33,522 bases of DNA from a virus. Its lineage: Duplodnaviria > Caudoviricetes. The DNA lies in IMG/VR virus record IMGVR_UViG_3300046049_000069, positions 1 through 33,522 of that record; one strand, given 5' to 3'. The notes under the pieces were generated by a model. It was given only the letters and a program-made list of their open reading frames with translations, searched no databases and was not told where the DNA came from. Below are positions 1-8,509 of this stretch, piece by piece. Position numbers and translations under genes: made by a program. Within the stretch, counting starts at the first letter, position 1. Each line of letters opens with the position of its first letter.

Positions 1-305
1 GGGTTACGCTCCGCGTGGGCGATGAGTTCCCGCTCCGGGTGGAGTTCGAGGAGGACCGGTTCGGGATCTCCGGGGAGTACATGTTAGCGCCTCGTATCAA
101 CCGGGACGCCGATACCCACCCGAGCATAGCGGACGGGCCGACGTGGGGCGACCGGTTCGACACCCGCGACGAGTGTTACGCGGGCGACTGTGAGAACCCC
201 GTTTCCGAGGCGGCTATGGCGGACGGCTACCCGCTGTGTACGGACCACGACACGGACGAGGCGCGGAGCCTCTACGACGACCGCGACGAGGAGGACGCGG
301 ACTAA
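1..305 (+). CDS. Hypothetical protein, 5'-partial, with C-terminal Cys/His zinc-binding motif
   Basis: Frame is open to the window edge; acidic; CYAGDC...LCTDH; TAA overlaps the next ATG (TAATG). Confidence 0.6.
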   Translation, partial: VTLRVGDEFPLRVEFEEDRFGISGEYMLAPRINRDADTHPSIADGPTWGDRFDTRDECYAGDCENPVSEAAMADGYPLCTDHDTDEARSLYDDRDEEDAD

Positions 306-586
306 TGTCGAACGACGACGTGTCGAACGACGACGTGTACCGTCTCCCGGACGGCTGCGTCGTCTCTTTGTCGGACCTTGAACGCGGGAAAGGGTGTTCC
401 CGGTGTGCGGCGTTCGTCCCTGTCCGTCGAGACCTCCCTCCGGAACCGGACGAGGCGGACTATACACGGTTCGGCATGACGGATTATGCCGGAACGGACA
501 ACCGCGTTATCGGGGGCTCCGTCTCCGGGTTTCTGTGTCCGGACTGTCGGAACGACTTCTACAAGTGGTTAGCGGAGGGAGCGTGA
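305..586 (+). CDS. Small zinc-finger protein (CxxC...CPDC)
   Basis: ATG at 305 coupled to the upstream stop; CSRC and CPDC motifs. Confidence 0.65.
   Translation: MSNDDVSNDDVYRLPDGCVVSLSDLERGKGCSRCAAFVPVRRDLPPEPDEADYTRFGMTDYAGTDNRVIGGSVSGFLCPDCRNDFYKWLAEGA
306..335 (+). repeat. 15-bp tandem duplication (TGTCGAACGACGACG x2) encoding SNDDV twice
   Basis: Seen directly in the sequence. Confidence 0.9.
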
Positions 587-682
587 GTATGGAGTCCGAC
601 GACGACGAGATAGCGGACGTTCTATCCGACCTCAAATAACCGCTCCGTAGCGGGCGTCACTCTCCCGGTTTCCCGGGGTCGT

Positions 683-966
683 ATGTTCTACAAAAATTAG
701 AAACCCGTTTGACCGGATTTACTTTTCAGGAATTAAATCCTCTCGGAAGTCTCTCTAATTTCTGAACATGCTTTTCAAATCCATGTTTGAGAATTACGGA
801 GGATTCAAGACGACTGAATTTTCCGAGAATTAAATCACCTCGACCATGTTTCTAATTCCTGAACATGGATTTGAAAAGCATGTTCAGAAATTACGGAGGA
901 CTTCGAGCGGATTTAGATTATCAAAAATAAATGTGGGGATACGGGTTTCTAATTTTTGTAGAACAT
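683..966. repeat. AT-rich imperfect 284-bp palindrome made of ~97-bp periodic units; candidate replication origin or protein-binding array
   Basis: Perfect 26-bp IR (683-708/941-966) and perfect 32-bp IR (756-787/862-893) share one axis at 824.5; units 700-796, 797-893 and 894-967 align as direct repeats; no credible ORF. Function is inferred. Confidence 0.85.
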
Positions 967-1058
967 GTGAGTGGCGGGGAGAACCGCTTACACGGCGGGT
1001 ATTCGGGGGCGTTGAGTGACCGCTTTCCACGGTCGCCGCTACGCCGCGGTAGTTCAGA

Positions 1059-1071
1059 GGTAACTTTTTAA
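1059..1071 (+). promoter_or_regulatory. Archaeal BRE/TATA-like promoter (GGTAACTTTTTAA)
   Basis: About 35 bp upstream of ATG 1104; the same GTAACTTT core occurs near 6504 (+) and 26895 (-). Confidence 0.6.
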
Positions 1072-1103
1072 CCGTCCGTTCCGACGGTACGCCCGGACGA
1101 CCT

Positions 1104-2225
1104 ATGCCCGACGACGAAAGCCTTGGAGACTTTGAGGCGTCAGGGGACGAGGAGCCCCCGGACGCCTCGGAGGACTCAACCGAACAGGAGGCGTATCGCG
1201 GACAGACACATCCCGTCGACGACGAGGGACCGGCGCCCCCACAGCCCGGCGAGGAGGACCCGACGAAAGCCGCGAACTCCCCCGGGCAGCCCGACGTTCA
1301 GACCGTCCAAGCCAGACAGGAGGTAACGGACTTAGAGGACCGCCTCGACGACGTGGCGGCGGAAATTGAACGGAACCGTCCCCTCGGCCCGGAGAACCCG
1401 CTGTCCCTCGACCCTCGCGTCGGCGTGAACGACCTCGCGTTCGACAGGGCAAAACCCGGTGCGAAGGTCTACGTCGTGGACGTTCTCGCGGAGTCCGTCG
1501 ACGACTATTACGAGGCGTTCCCGGACGCCCCCGCGCTGGACGAGTACGGAGGGAACGTCCTCGTCCGGTTCCGCGACGCGGACGCCGTGTTCGCATGCGT
1601 CTACGTAAAGGACAGCCTCACGTCCGTCGACTCGAACCTCACCGCCTACCCCATGCCGGAGTCCCGCCTCACGCGTTACCCCGCGGAACAGGCGACCATG
1701 GTCGGATCCGCCTCCGAGGAGTTCGAGAGGACAGATTTCCCGGGTGGTCCCGCGCTCGGGACGGCGGAGGCTATCGCTACGACTCTTTCCGAGATTTGGG
1801 GACAGAACCCTCAAATCCCGGTCGGGGACACGACAGCTCCGAAAGTCGTAGACGCCCTCCGCGAGGAGTTTGACGAGGAAACGGTCCGCGAGGCGGTCCA
1901 GCGGGCGGGCTACGAGGAACAGGTCTACGGAGACGACGAGGAGGAGGTCGTAGCGGACGGCGGGGTAACGGAGGACGACCTCCGCGAGGCGACGGAGGAG
2001 TTTTTCGACGCGGACGACGTGGACAGCGTAGACTACGCCCCGGACCGCGACTTCGGTATGGTCGTCGTCTCCGTTGAGGAGGAGGACGCGGGGTTCGGAG
2101 ACGGTGAGACGTTTGACCTCTTAGAGTTCGAGGAGACGCTGAACTCCCACGGGTTCAGACATACCGGGTTCGCCCCCGCGCCCGGTATGACACAGGTAAA
2201 CGTCTCCGCGGGGGAGGAGGAGTAA
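1104..2225 (+). CDS. Acidic multidomain hypothetical protein
   Basis: 373 aa with haloarchaeal codon bias; central domain ending YPMPESRL resembles a recurring haloarchaeal motif (from recall); VADGG linker. Confidence 0.75.
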   Translation: MPDDESLGDFEASGDEEPPDASEDSTEQEAYRGQTHPVDDEGPAPPQPGEEDPTKAANSPGQPDVQTVQARQEVTDLEDRLDDVAAEIERNRPLGPENPLSLDPRVGVNDLAFDRAKPGAKVYVVDVLAESVDDYYEAFPDAPALDEYGGNVLVRFRDADAVFACVYVKDSLTSVDSNLTAYPMPESRLTRYPAEQATMVGSASEEFERTDFPGGPALGTAEAIATTLSEIWGQNPQIPVGDTTAPKVVDALREEFDEETVREAVQRAGYEEQVYGDDEEEVVADGGVTEDDLREATEEFFDADDVDSVDYAPDRDFGMVVVSVEEEDAGFGDGETFDLLEFEETLNSHGFRHTGFAPAPGMTQVNVSAGEEE

Positions 2226-2226
2226 C

Positions 2227-2400
2227 ATGGACGACCAGGACGAGGCGACGGGTGACGACCTCGTTACTCGTTTTTGTGCCTGTGGAGACTACGAGGTTCA
2301 GGTCTCGGACGGAGAGGTGGATATGGACGTTATCTGTCCCGAGTGTGGAAACCACTTTGGACAGGGAACCGGCCATTTAGCGGCGGCGGACGAGGAGTAA
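2227..2400 (+). CDS. CPxCG-type zinc-finger microprotein (57 aa)
   Basis: Translated manually: MDDQDEATGDDLVTRFCACGD...ICPECGNHF...DEE*; fills the gap exactly and is coupled to ATG 2400. Confidence 0.7.
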   Translation: MDDQDEATGDDLVTRFCACGDYEVQVSDGEVDMDVICPECGNHFGQGTGHLAAADEE

Positions 2401-4067
2401 TGTCGGACGCGGACCTACCTCTCGGCGTTGAGAAAGGCACAGGGGACCCGGTCTCTATCCCGATAACTCACACGCTCCTCACGGGGAAAACCCGGCATGG
2501 GAAAAGTGAGACCATGAAAACGCTCGCAGAGGCGGCGGTCGAGGCGGGCTATGCGGTGTTGCTGTTCGACGTGAAAACGCCGCGGGACTACGAGGGCATG
2601 GGACGACAAACCCCGGTCTACATAGAGGAGGGAACGAACCCGACGCGGCTGAAAGGCCTTCTCGAAAGTAGTTCTGAAATGTCCCTCTCATTCCAATTCC
2701 CGGAGTTAATCAAAGTCTACGAACCGGGGGACACCTACCGGGATATCCTCAACCGAACGCGGGCGTTCATGGAGGAGGACCGGCACCCGGTTGAGGAGGA
2801 TAAACTCCGGGTGATAGACCACCTCCTCAACGACCTCCTCCGCGACCTCGAAAACGTCGAGATCTCGGACACGCTGGACCTCGAACCCGGGATTAATGTC
2901 ATGGACCTCCACCATGTCGGGTCGGGCGTTCAGCAAATCGCTATCCAGTCCACGGTCGATCAAATCCTTAAAGCCGAAACCCGCGAGAACGTTATCATTG
3001 GGGTGGACGAGGCCCATAATTTCATCCCACAGCGGGGGAACCCGCCCGCGAACGAGACCATAACCCGTGCCATCCGGGAGGGCGGCGCGAAAGAGGTCTG
3101 GGTATGGCTGTCCGACCAAACGATAACCGGGGTGGATAAGGATCCACTCAAACAGGTAGGCGTGTGGATCCTCGGGAAACAGCGGGAGAAAAACGAGGCG
3201 GGGCGCGTCCTCGACCAAATCCCCGGGCGGGCTGAATACGCCTCCGAGGACGTCATGACCCTCGACAAAGGCCACTTTATCGTGGCGCTCGACGAGAAAC
3301 AACCCCTCGTTTACGTCCGTCCCCGGTGGGTGGACGACGAGACCGCCCGACAGATAGCCACAGGAGAAACCACGATGGACGAAACCGAACCCGAACCCGA
3401 CCGCGACGAGGTCGCGGACTTAGAGACACGGTTAGAGGAAAAGGACGCGGAGATCCACCGATTGGAACAGGAGAACTCGACCCTCCGCGAACGAACAGCG
3501 GACCTACAGGAACAGGTCGAGGGGCTGAATAGCCTCCTCGAACAGTCCGAGGCGCCCGGGGAGACGGACGACCCTGGGGAGGCCGCGGGCGACCCAGACG
3601 CCGCCCCGGTCCACATTTCGGAGTCTCGCGTTCGCGCTATCGTGATGGAGGAGTTCGAGGAGCTACGCGACCATGACTATTTCCCGACCGTTGAGGACGT
3701 GGTCGCGGAGATAGACGTTCCCGATGACGCCTACGTGGACCATGCAGAACCCCGGCTCGTCGTCCGGAACGTCGTCGAACCACTCCACCTCTCGACGGAC
3801 TCCATAAAGGGCAAAATCGCTATCCTCTACGCGGAGGGTGAACTCCCGGAAGACGAGTGGTTTACGACGGGGCTCCTCTACGACCTTTTTCAAACCCGGG
3901 GGTGGGACGACGACCCGCGTCGCGCCCACGGCATAGACGACTTCTGTAAATGGGGGTATTTCGAGCGGAAATATTACAACGAGACCCGACACTACCGCCT
4001 CTCTATGACGCCCGCGGAGGCGGAGGAACGCGGCCGCCTCAACTACGAGGAGGAGGTGAAGGCGTAG
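2400..4067 (+). CDS. HerA/FtsK/VirB4-superfamily P-loop ATPase with coiled coil and probable C-terminal winged-helix domain
   Basis: HTLLTGKTRHGKS Walker A, LLFDVK, VIIGVDEAHNF Walker B, REG...W..DQ motif; heptad-rich segment LETRLEEKDAEIHRLEQEN; start moved to the coupled ATG at 2400. Confidence 0.8.
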   Translation: MSDADLPLGVEKGTGDPVSIPITHTLLTGKTRHGKSETMKTLAEAAVEAGYAVLLFDVKTPRDYEGMGRQTPVYIEEGTNPTRLKGLLESSSEMSLSFQFPELIKVYEPGDTYRDILNRTRAFMEEDRHPVEEDKLRVIDHLLNDLLRDLENVEISDTLDLEPGINVMDLHHVGSGVQQIAIQSTVDQILKAETRENVIIGVDEAHNFIPQRGNPPANETITRAIREGGAKEVWVWLSDQTITGVDKDPLKQVGVWILGKQREKNEAGRVLDQIPGRAEYASEDVMTLDKGHFIVALDEKQPLVYVRPRWVDDETARQIATGETTMDETEPEPDRDEVADLETRLEEKDAEIHRLEQENSTLRERTADLQEQVEGLNSLLEQSEAPGETDDPGEAAGDPDAAPVHISESRVRAIVMEEFEELRDHDYFPTVEDVVAEIDVPDDAYVDHAEPRLVVRNVVEPLHLSTDSIKGKIAILYAEGELPEDEWFTTGLLYDLFQTRGWDDDPRRAHGIDDFCKWGYFERKYYNETRHYRLSMTPAEAEERGRLNYEEEVKA

Positions 4068-4069
4068 CC

Positions 4070-4249
4070 ATGTCTCACGCCGCCTACGCGACACTCTCGG
4101 GCGCCCTCGTCGCGTCCGCGTGGTTCGTCCTCAACCCCCTGAACCTCGGACAGGTAACGGCGGCCGCGGCGGGGTTCGTCGTCGGCGTCGTCGTCTACCT
4201 CGGGATAGCGATAGTCGACAGCCTCTCGGAACGGAGGACGGGGGCATGA
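4070..4249 (+). CDS. Small membrane protein with two TM helices
   Basis: MSHAAYATLSGALVASAWFVL...AAAAGFVVGVVVYLGIAIV; TAGCCATG coupling. Confidence 0.65.
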   Translation: MSHAAYATLSGALVASAWFVLNPLNLGQVTAAAAGFVVGVVVYLGIAIVDSLSERRTGA

Positions 4250-5013
4250 AACGCGGTGTTATCGGCGTTCCGGACTCCTCGGGCTGGATAGCGACGGTTG
4301 AGGGCGTTGAGACCACGCGACAGGACGAACTCGGGAACGACCGGACCGCCGCCCTTTCCGTTACCGAACAACGGGACCTCATGGGCGGGACGACGTACTA
4401 CAGCGGCGAGGCGTTCCGGGAGCGGACCGTCGAGAACGAGGGCTACGAGTATCGGGACGGGGTAATTAAAACGACGCGGAACCTACAGGAAACGGTAGAC
4501 CACACCCGGTACGTCCTCGTCCCCCGCGTCGAGGACGCCCACGCCGGATACATGGTCGTCTCGTCGTCCAGCGGCGTGTTCGCGTTCGCTACCGTGTCCC
4601 GACAGAACCCCGGACGCGTTCAGGCGGCGCGGATCCGGACCGGGGACTTTCTCCGCGACCGCCGCGACGAGGTGGACGTCAAGACCGCGGGCGGAACCAC
4701 CGGGTCGCCGCACGCCGGGAAAGTAACCGCGTGGGGAGACGACGTGTTAGCGGACCCCGACATGGACGACCTCCTCGGGCGACAGGTCCACGGAGACCTC
4801 CTCAACCAGGTCGCGGTCCGCTACATATGGGACAACATCCCCCACTACGTCTATCTCGCCCGGTCGGGCTACGTCGAGATCTACAAACCGACCGACACGA
4901 CCACGGAACAGTTTTTGAACTACGTCCGTCGGGAAATTATCCCGTATACGGACGCGGCGGAGACCGACGGGGAACAGTCTAGTCTCGACGAGGCGGACGA
5001 GGGGGACGAGTAA
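4246..5013 (+). CDS. Hypothetical protein with C-terminal QSSLDE motif
   Basis: ATGA overlap; MKRGVIG... 255 aa; acidic tail. Confidence 0.7.
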   Translation: MKRGVIGVPDSSGWIATVEGVETTRQDELGNDRTAALSVTEQRDLMGGTTYYSGEAFRERTVENEGYEYRDGVIKTTRNLQETVDHTRYVLVPRVEDAHAGYMVVSSSSGVFAFATVSRQNPGRVQAARIRTGDFLRDRRDEVDVKTAGGTTGSPHAGKVTAWGDDVLADPDMDDLLGRQVHGDLLNQVAVRYIWDNIPHYVYLARSGYVEIYKPTDTTTEQFLNYVRREIIPYTDAAETDGEQSSLDEADEGDE

Positions 5014-5016
5014 CCT

Positions 5017-5415
5017 ATGGACGAGTTCGCGGTTCGCGCCCGGGAGAACGCCCCGGTCAATGACTTTCAGGTTCAACTCCACGAACTCCTCACCCGCTAC
5101 GAGGCGGATATCGCGGACAACCCCGCCGCGACCGCGGCGCTACTCGTCGAGTACGTGGACTCTCTCCGCCTTCTCTACGACCTCGACGTAGACGGCGGCC
5201 ACGTAAGCGACGAGATCCTGGGGGTCACGTTCACACCCCCGGACGGGGCGGGGTCCGTCGGGTGGCTGAACGCGCCTCGGATCGGAGCGTATCACGATAT
5301 AGACAGGGAGGCGTTCGAGGCGGCGTCCGAGGTCCCTGTGGAGATAACGGGCGACCCCGAGGAGGGGACTATCACGTTCGAGTTTGGGGAGGACGACGCC
5401 GAACCGGATCCCTAA
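5017..5415 (+). CDS. Hypothetical acidic protein
   Basis: Operonic ORF with haloarchaeal codon bias. Confidence 0.65.
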   Translation: MDEFAVRARENAPVNDFQVQLHELLTRYEADIADNPAATAALLVEYVDSLRLLYDLDVDGGHVSDEILGVTFTPPDGAGSVGWLNAPRIGAYHDIDREAFEAASEVPVEITGDPEEGTITFEFGEDDAEPDP

Positions 5416-5439
5416 GTAGAGCGGACTGGACCGTATTCT

Positions 5440-6483
5440 ATGTCACACGCGAAAAGACAGGGAGCGGCGTTTTTCTCCGGGGGCTACGACTCTCTCGTCT
5501 CCACCTACAAAACGATGGAGGTGGACGGGAACGCGGACCGCGTGGTTCACGTAGACACGGGGACCGGAATCCCGTTAAACGAGCGGTTCGTCGAGGCGGC
5601 CGCACAGAACTATGGGTGGTATCTCGTTAAACTCCGTCCTCGTAAGACTTTCTGGTGGTACGCGAAAAAGTACGGGTTCCCCGGGCCGAGTAAACACTCG
5701 TGGTATTACCGGTATCTGAAAGAACACCCGATTAAGCGGTTCTGTCGTATCTACGACGGGAAGCCCTACCTCTATACGGGCGTCCGAAAGGCGGAGTCGA
5801 ACCCCCGCATGGGTCGCGTCGTCGACCTGAACGAGGCGGAGTTCGGGTATTGGAACGCTCCATTGGCGGAGTGGACGGACGAGGACGTGGAGGCGTTCCT
5901 CGTCGACCACAGCCTCCCGCGGAACCCGGTCGTCGAGGAGATAGCCCGGTCGGGGGAGTGTTACTGTATGGCGTATGGTCTCCGGGAGTTCGAGGTGGAT
6001 CTCCGCGGCTACGAGGACGAGGCCCCGCCGGAGTGGTTACGCTCCCACGTCCAACGTCTCAAACGCAAAGAGTGGGAAGTTCAGGCTTACCGCGGTCGCG
6101 TCCACGGGTATCTAAAAGAGGACTACCCGGACGTGTATGAGGCGATTCACGACTACCGGACTGAGAACGACGACTCTCGTCTCCGCCTCGCCGTCCTCCG
6201 CGAACAGCATCCGGATCTCGCGGCGGAGATAGAGTCCATAGACGAGGTGGTGGCTGTCTCAAAGGGTCGAGAACAGGACTATTCATGGTTAGGACACGGG
6301 AAAATGTCCAGTCCGGAACTCCGTCGTAAGACCATGCCGGACACACAGGAACTTCTCTGTGAGGACTGTCGGGACTCCACCTCGACCGCGGGCGTCTCTC
6401 ACCCGGATCCGGACGCCCGCCTTCTCGTCGAACCGGAGGAACCGGACGCCGGGGAACAGTCCAGTTTCGACGACCTTCTCTAA
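5440..6483 (+). CDS. PAPS reductase-family (adenine nucleotide alpha hydrolase) protein
   Basis: PP-loop FSGGYDS, VHVDTG, TGVRKAES..R, PLAEWTDEDV, SGECYC and distal CEDC. Confidence 0.85.
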   Translation: MSHAKRQGAAFFSGGYDSLVSTYKTMEVDGNADRVVHVDTGTGIPLNERFVEAAAQNYGWYLVKLRPRKTFWWYAKKYGFPGPSKHSWYYRYLKEHPIKRFCRIYDGKPYLYTGVRKAESNPRMGRVVDLNEAEFGYWNAPLAEWTDEDVEAFLVDHSLPRNPVVEEIARSGECYCMAYGLREFEVDLRGYEDEAPPEWLRSHVQRLKRKEWEVQAYRGRVHGYLKEDYPDVYEAIHDYRTENDDSRLRLAVLREQHPDLAAEIESIDEVVAVSKGREQDYSWLGHGKMSSPELRRKTMPDTQELLCEDCRDSTSTAGVSHPDPDARLLVEPEEPDAGEQSSFDDLL

Positions 6484-6502
6484 CCAACCACCGTTAACGT
6501 CC

Positions 6503-6538
6503 AGTAACTTTATGATCCCCCATCTACAATGCGTAGAT
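6503..6538 (+). promoter_or_regulatory. TATA-like promoter (GTAACTTTATG) followed by inverted repeat ATCTAC-N5-GTAGAT
   Basis: Motif and IR lie immediately upstream of ATG 6539. Confidence 0.5.
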
Positions 6539-6656
6539 ATGGTACAGAAAGCCACTCCGCACGACGAACAGCGAACCCGGTTCGAGGAGGTCGAGGACTA
6601 ATGACGGGCGCGGAGACCCTGTTCGTCTTTTCGACGGTCGCCGTCGTCTCAACGCT

Positions 6657-7040
6657 GTGGACGCTGTTCGCGGTCGCGTGGACGGTCGCCCCATAAACGC
6701 CCACGACCGCGTCTACGACCGCGACTACGTGGACCTTCCACCCGTCGAGACAGGCGACCGCGTTCGCGTCGCCTACGTCTCGAACCAAACCAACTCCACA
6801 CAGGAGCGAGCGGGGGAGGTCGTCGAGATCCACGCGAACGGGTTCACGTTCGTCCACGACTCCGGCGACGAGAAACTGGCGACCTCCGTCCGCGACCACG
6901 AGGACCACATCACGGACCGCCCGATCCAGCGTCGTATCGTGACGGTCAAGAAACGAGACGGTCGCTACGTCCACGCGACCGAATTGAACCGAAACCACGA
7001 GGCCCCGATGGAGACGACCGTCGAGGTTGTTGAGGACTGA
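6657..7040 (+). CDS. Hypothetical protein, possible SH3-like barrel; start uncertain
   Basis: VETGDRVRVAY...GEVVEI pattern; GTG start only. Confidence 0.55.
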   Translation: MDAVRGRVDGRPINAHDRVYDRDYVDLPPVETGDRVRVAYVSNQTNSTQERAGEVVEIHANGFTFVHDSGDEKLATSVRDHEDHITDRPIQRRIVTVKKRDGRYVHATELNRNHEAPMETTVEVVED

Positions 7041-7128
7041 ACGCCGCGACCCCCTCCGCCCGTAACCTCGTCGGGGACCGCCCCCGCCGAGGCGGGACGT
7101 AGGAGGGTCCCGATAGCAACCCCACGCT

Positions 7129-7470
7129 ATGCAACGACCACTCAACTCCCTCGAACAGGGAGACAGGATAGAGGTAACGCTTAACGACGGGTCCGAGATC
7201 GTCGGACTCTTACAGAACGCCCCGGACACAGGCCCCCCGACCACGCCCGACGGAGAGGCGGCGGGCTGGACCGAAAAGACACACGTCTCGGGCGTCCACG
7301 TGGAGGAGAATAACGGAACCGCGACTACCTACGAGAGTCTACTGCTAACACAGGAGCGGCATGGAGACGAGTGGGGAGCGATACAGGTCGTCGGATACCG
7401 CTACTATACGACAGACTATACCTCCCATGAACTCACGGAGGACGTCGCGGAGGTGACGGTCCGTGCGTAA
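7129..7470 (+). CDS. Hypothetical protein, possible SH3/Sm-like fold
   Basis: LEQGDRIEVTLNDGSEIVG; AGGAGG upstream. Confidence 0.6.
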   Translation: MQRPLNSLEQGDRIEVTLNDGSEIVGLLQNAPDTGPPTTPDGEAAGWTEKTHVSGVHVEENNGTATTYESLLLTQERHGDEWGAIQVVGYRYYTTDYTSHELTEDVAEVTVRA

Positions 7471-8068
7471 CCTTCCGCCTGGCGTCTCCGTCTCGGACCT
7501 CCCCGGGACCCGTCCGGGTTCAGACCCGGCGTGTCGAGAGTGTTCCGCGCCCGAGAACCGGGCGGCGTTCGACGAGGATCTACGGACGGACGGAGGACCG
7601 CCGGACCTGTTCGTTTCCGCTGTGGACCTCGACCGCGGCGGGAATACGGTCCACGTTTACGACCGGGATAAGACAGACCCCGGTGCGCGAAAAGAGACGT
7701 GGAGGCGGTCCCTGTGCGGACAGTCCTCAACGAAAACGACCCAGGCCCGGAGTCTCCGGGCGAACATGGACGCGGTGGACTGTGGTTCATGCCTCCGTAT
7801 CATCGACTCCCTCCGCGACGAGACGGGGACGCGACAGGATACTATCCGGACGGACGGCGGAGAGAACGAGGACGACGGGGACGGGGGGTGGAACCCGGAA
7901 CCGGCGTCGCTCCGCGACGGAGAGACGACGGATATCTCCGCGCACGCCCGCCGGAACCTCGAACAGATCCAGATTGCGGTTGAGAACGGCGACCTGGACG
8001 AGGACGACGTGGACGAGGAGACACAGGCGGACCTCGAACGGATCCGCAACGACGAGGACCAGCGGTAG
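7463..8068 (+). CDS. Hypothetical Cys/His-containing protein with two RTDGG motifs
   Basis: NLPPGVSVSDLPG N-terminus, CREC, H...LCG...CGSC. Confidence 0.65.
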   Translation: MRNLPPGVSVSDLPGTRPGSDPACRECSAPENRAAFDEDLRTDGGPPDLFVSAVDLDRGGNTVHVYDRDKTDPGARKETWRRSLCGQSSTKTTQARSLRANMDAVDCGSCLRIIDSLRDETGTRQDTIRTDGGENEDDGDGGWNPEPASLRDGETTDISAHARRNLEQIQIAVENGDLDEDDVDEETQADLERIRNDEDQR

Positions 8069-8069
8069 T

Positions 8070-8507
8070 ATGTCCGACGAGACGACGGTCTACCGCGTCC
8101 CTGCGGACGGACACGGAACGCTGTTCGTCGCGGCGGCCGACGCGCCCGAGGCGTTCGAGATCGCCCGCGAACAGGGGACCGTCGCGGACGCCGACATGAC
8201 CCTGTCTATCGGGGACTCCTACCGGGACCGAGTCCGTGAGGTTGAGGACCACCGGCGGACACCGATTAACGTTGAGAACGCGGCCCGCGACGACCCCGAG
8301 ACACCGGACGCTATCCCCGGGTTCCCGACGGTCGAACGACTCCGCGCCTCCCGAGAGGCGATAGGTGTTTCACAGCGGGACGTCGCGGAGGTCATGGGCG
8401 TCTCCCCGCGGACTGTTTCCCACTACGAGAACGGGCGCCGGGAGATCTCCCTGTCGAACGCCCGCGACTACGCGAACGCCCTCCACCGTTTCGCGGAGGA
8501 CGAGTAG
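8070..8507 (+). CDS. XRE/Cro-C1 family HTH transcriptional regulator with N-terminal extension
   Basis: RLRASREAIGVSQRDVAEVMGVSPRTVSHYENGRREIS; ATG at 8070. Confidence 0.85.
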   Translation: MSDETTVYRVPADGHGTLFVAAADAPEAFEIAREQGTVADADMTLSIGDSYRDRVREVEDHRRTPINVENAARDDPETPDAIPGFPTVERLRASREAIGVSQRDVAEVMGVSPRTVSHYENGRREISLSNARDYANALHRFAEDE

Positions 8508-8509
8508 CC

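Noticed and set aside
683-966. CRISPR or TIGR array (GGATTTGAAAAG resembles a repeat end)
   Set aside because: The period is 97 bp, units are palindromic and inverted, and there is no repeat/unique-spacer alternation
2274-2399. Upstream GTG start for the ATPase (similarly 26911, 24232, 30571, 29491, 7683)
   Set aside because: The extensions overlap other genes or promoters; coupled or promoter-proximal ATGs downstream fit better
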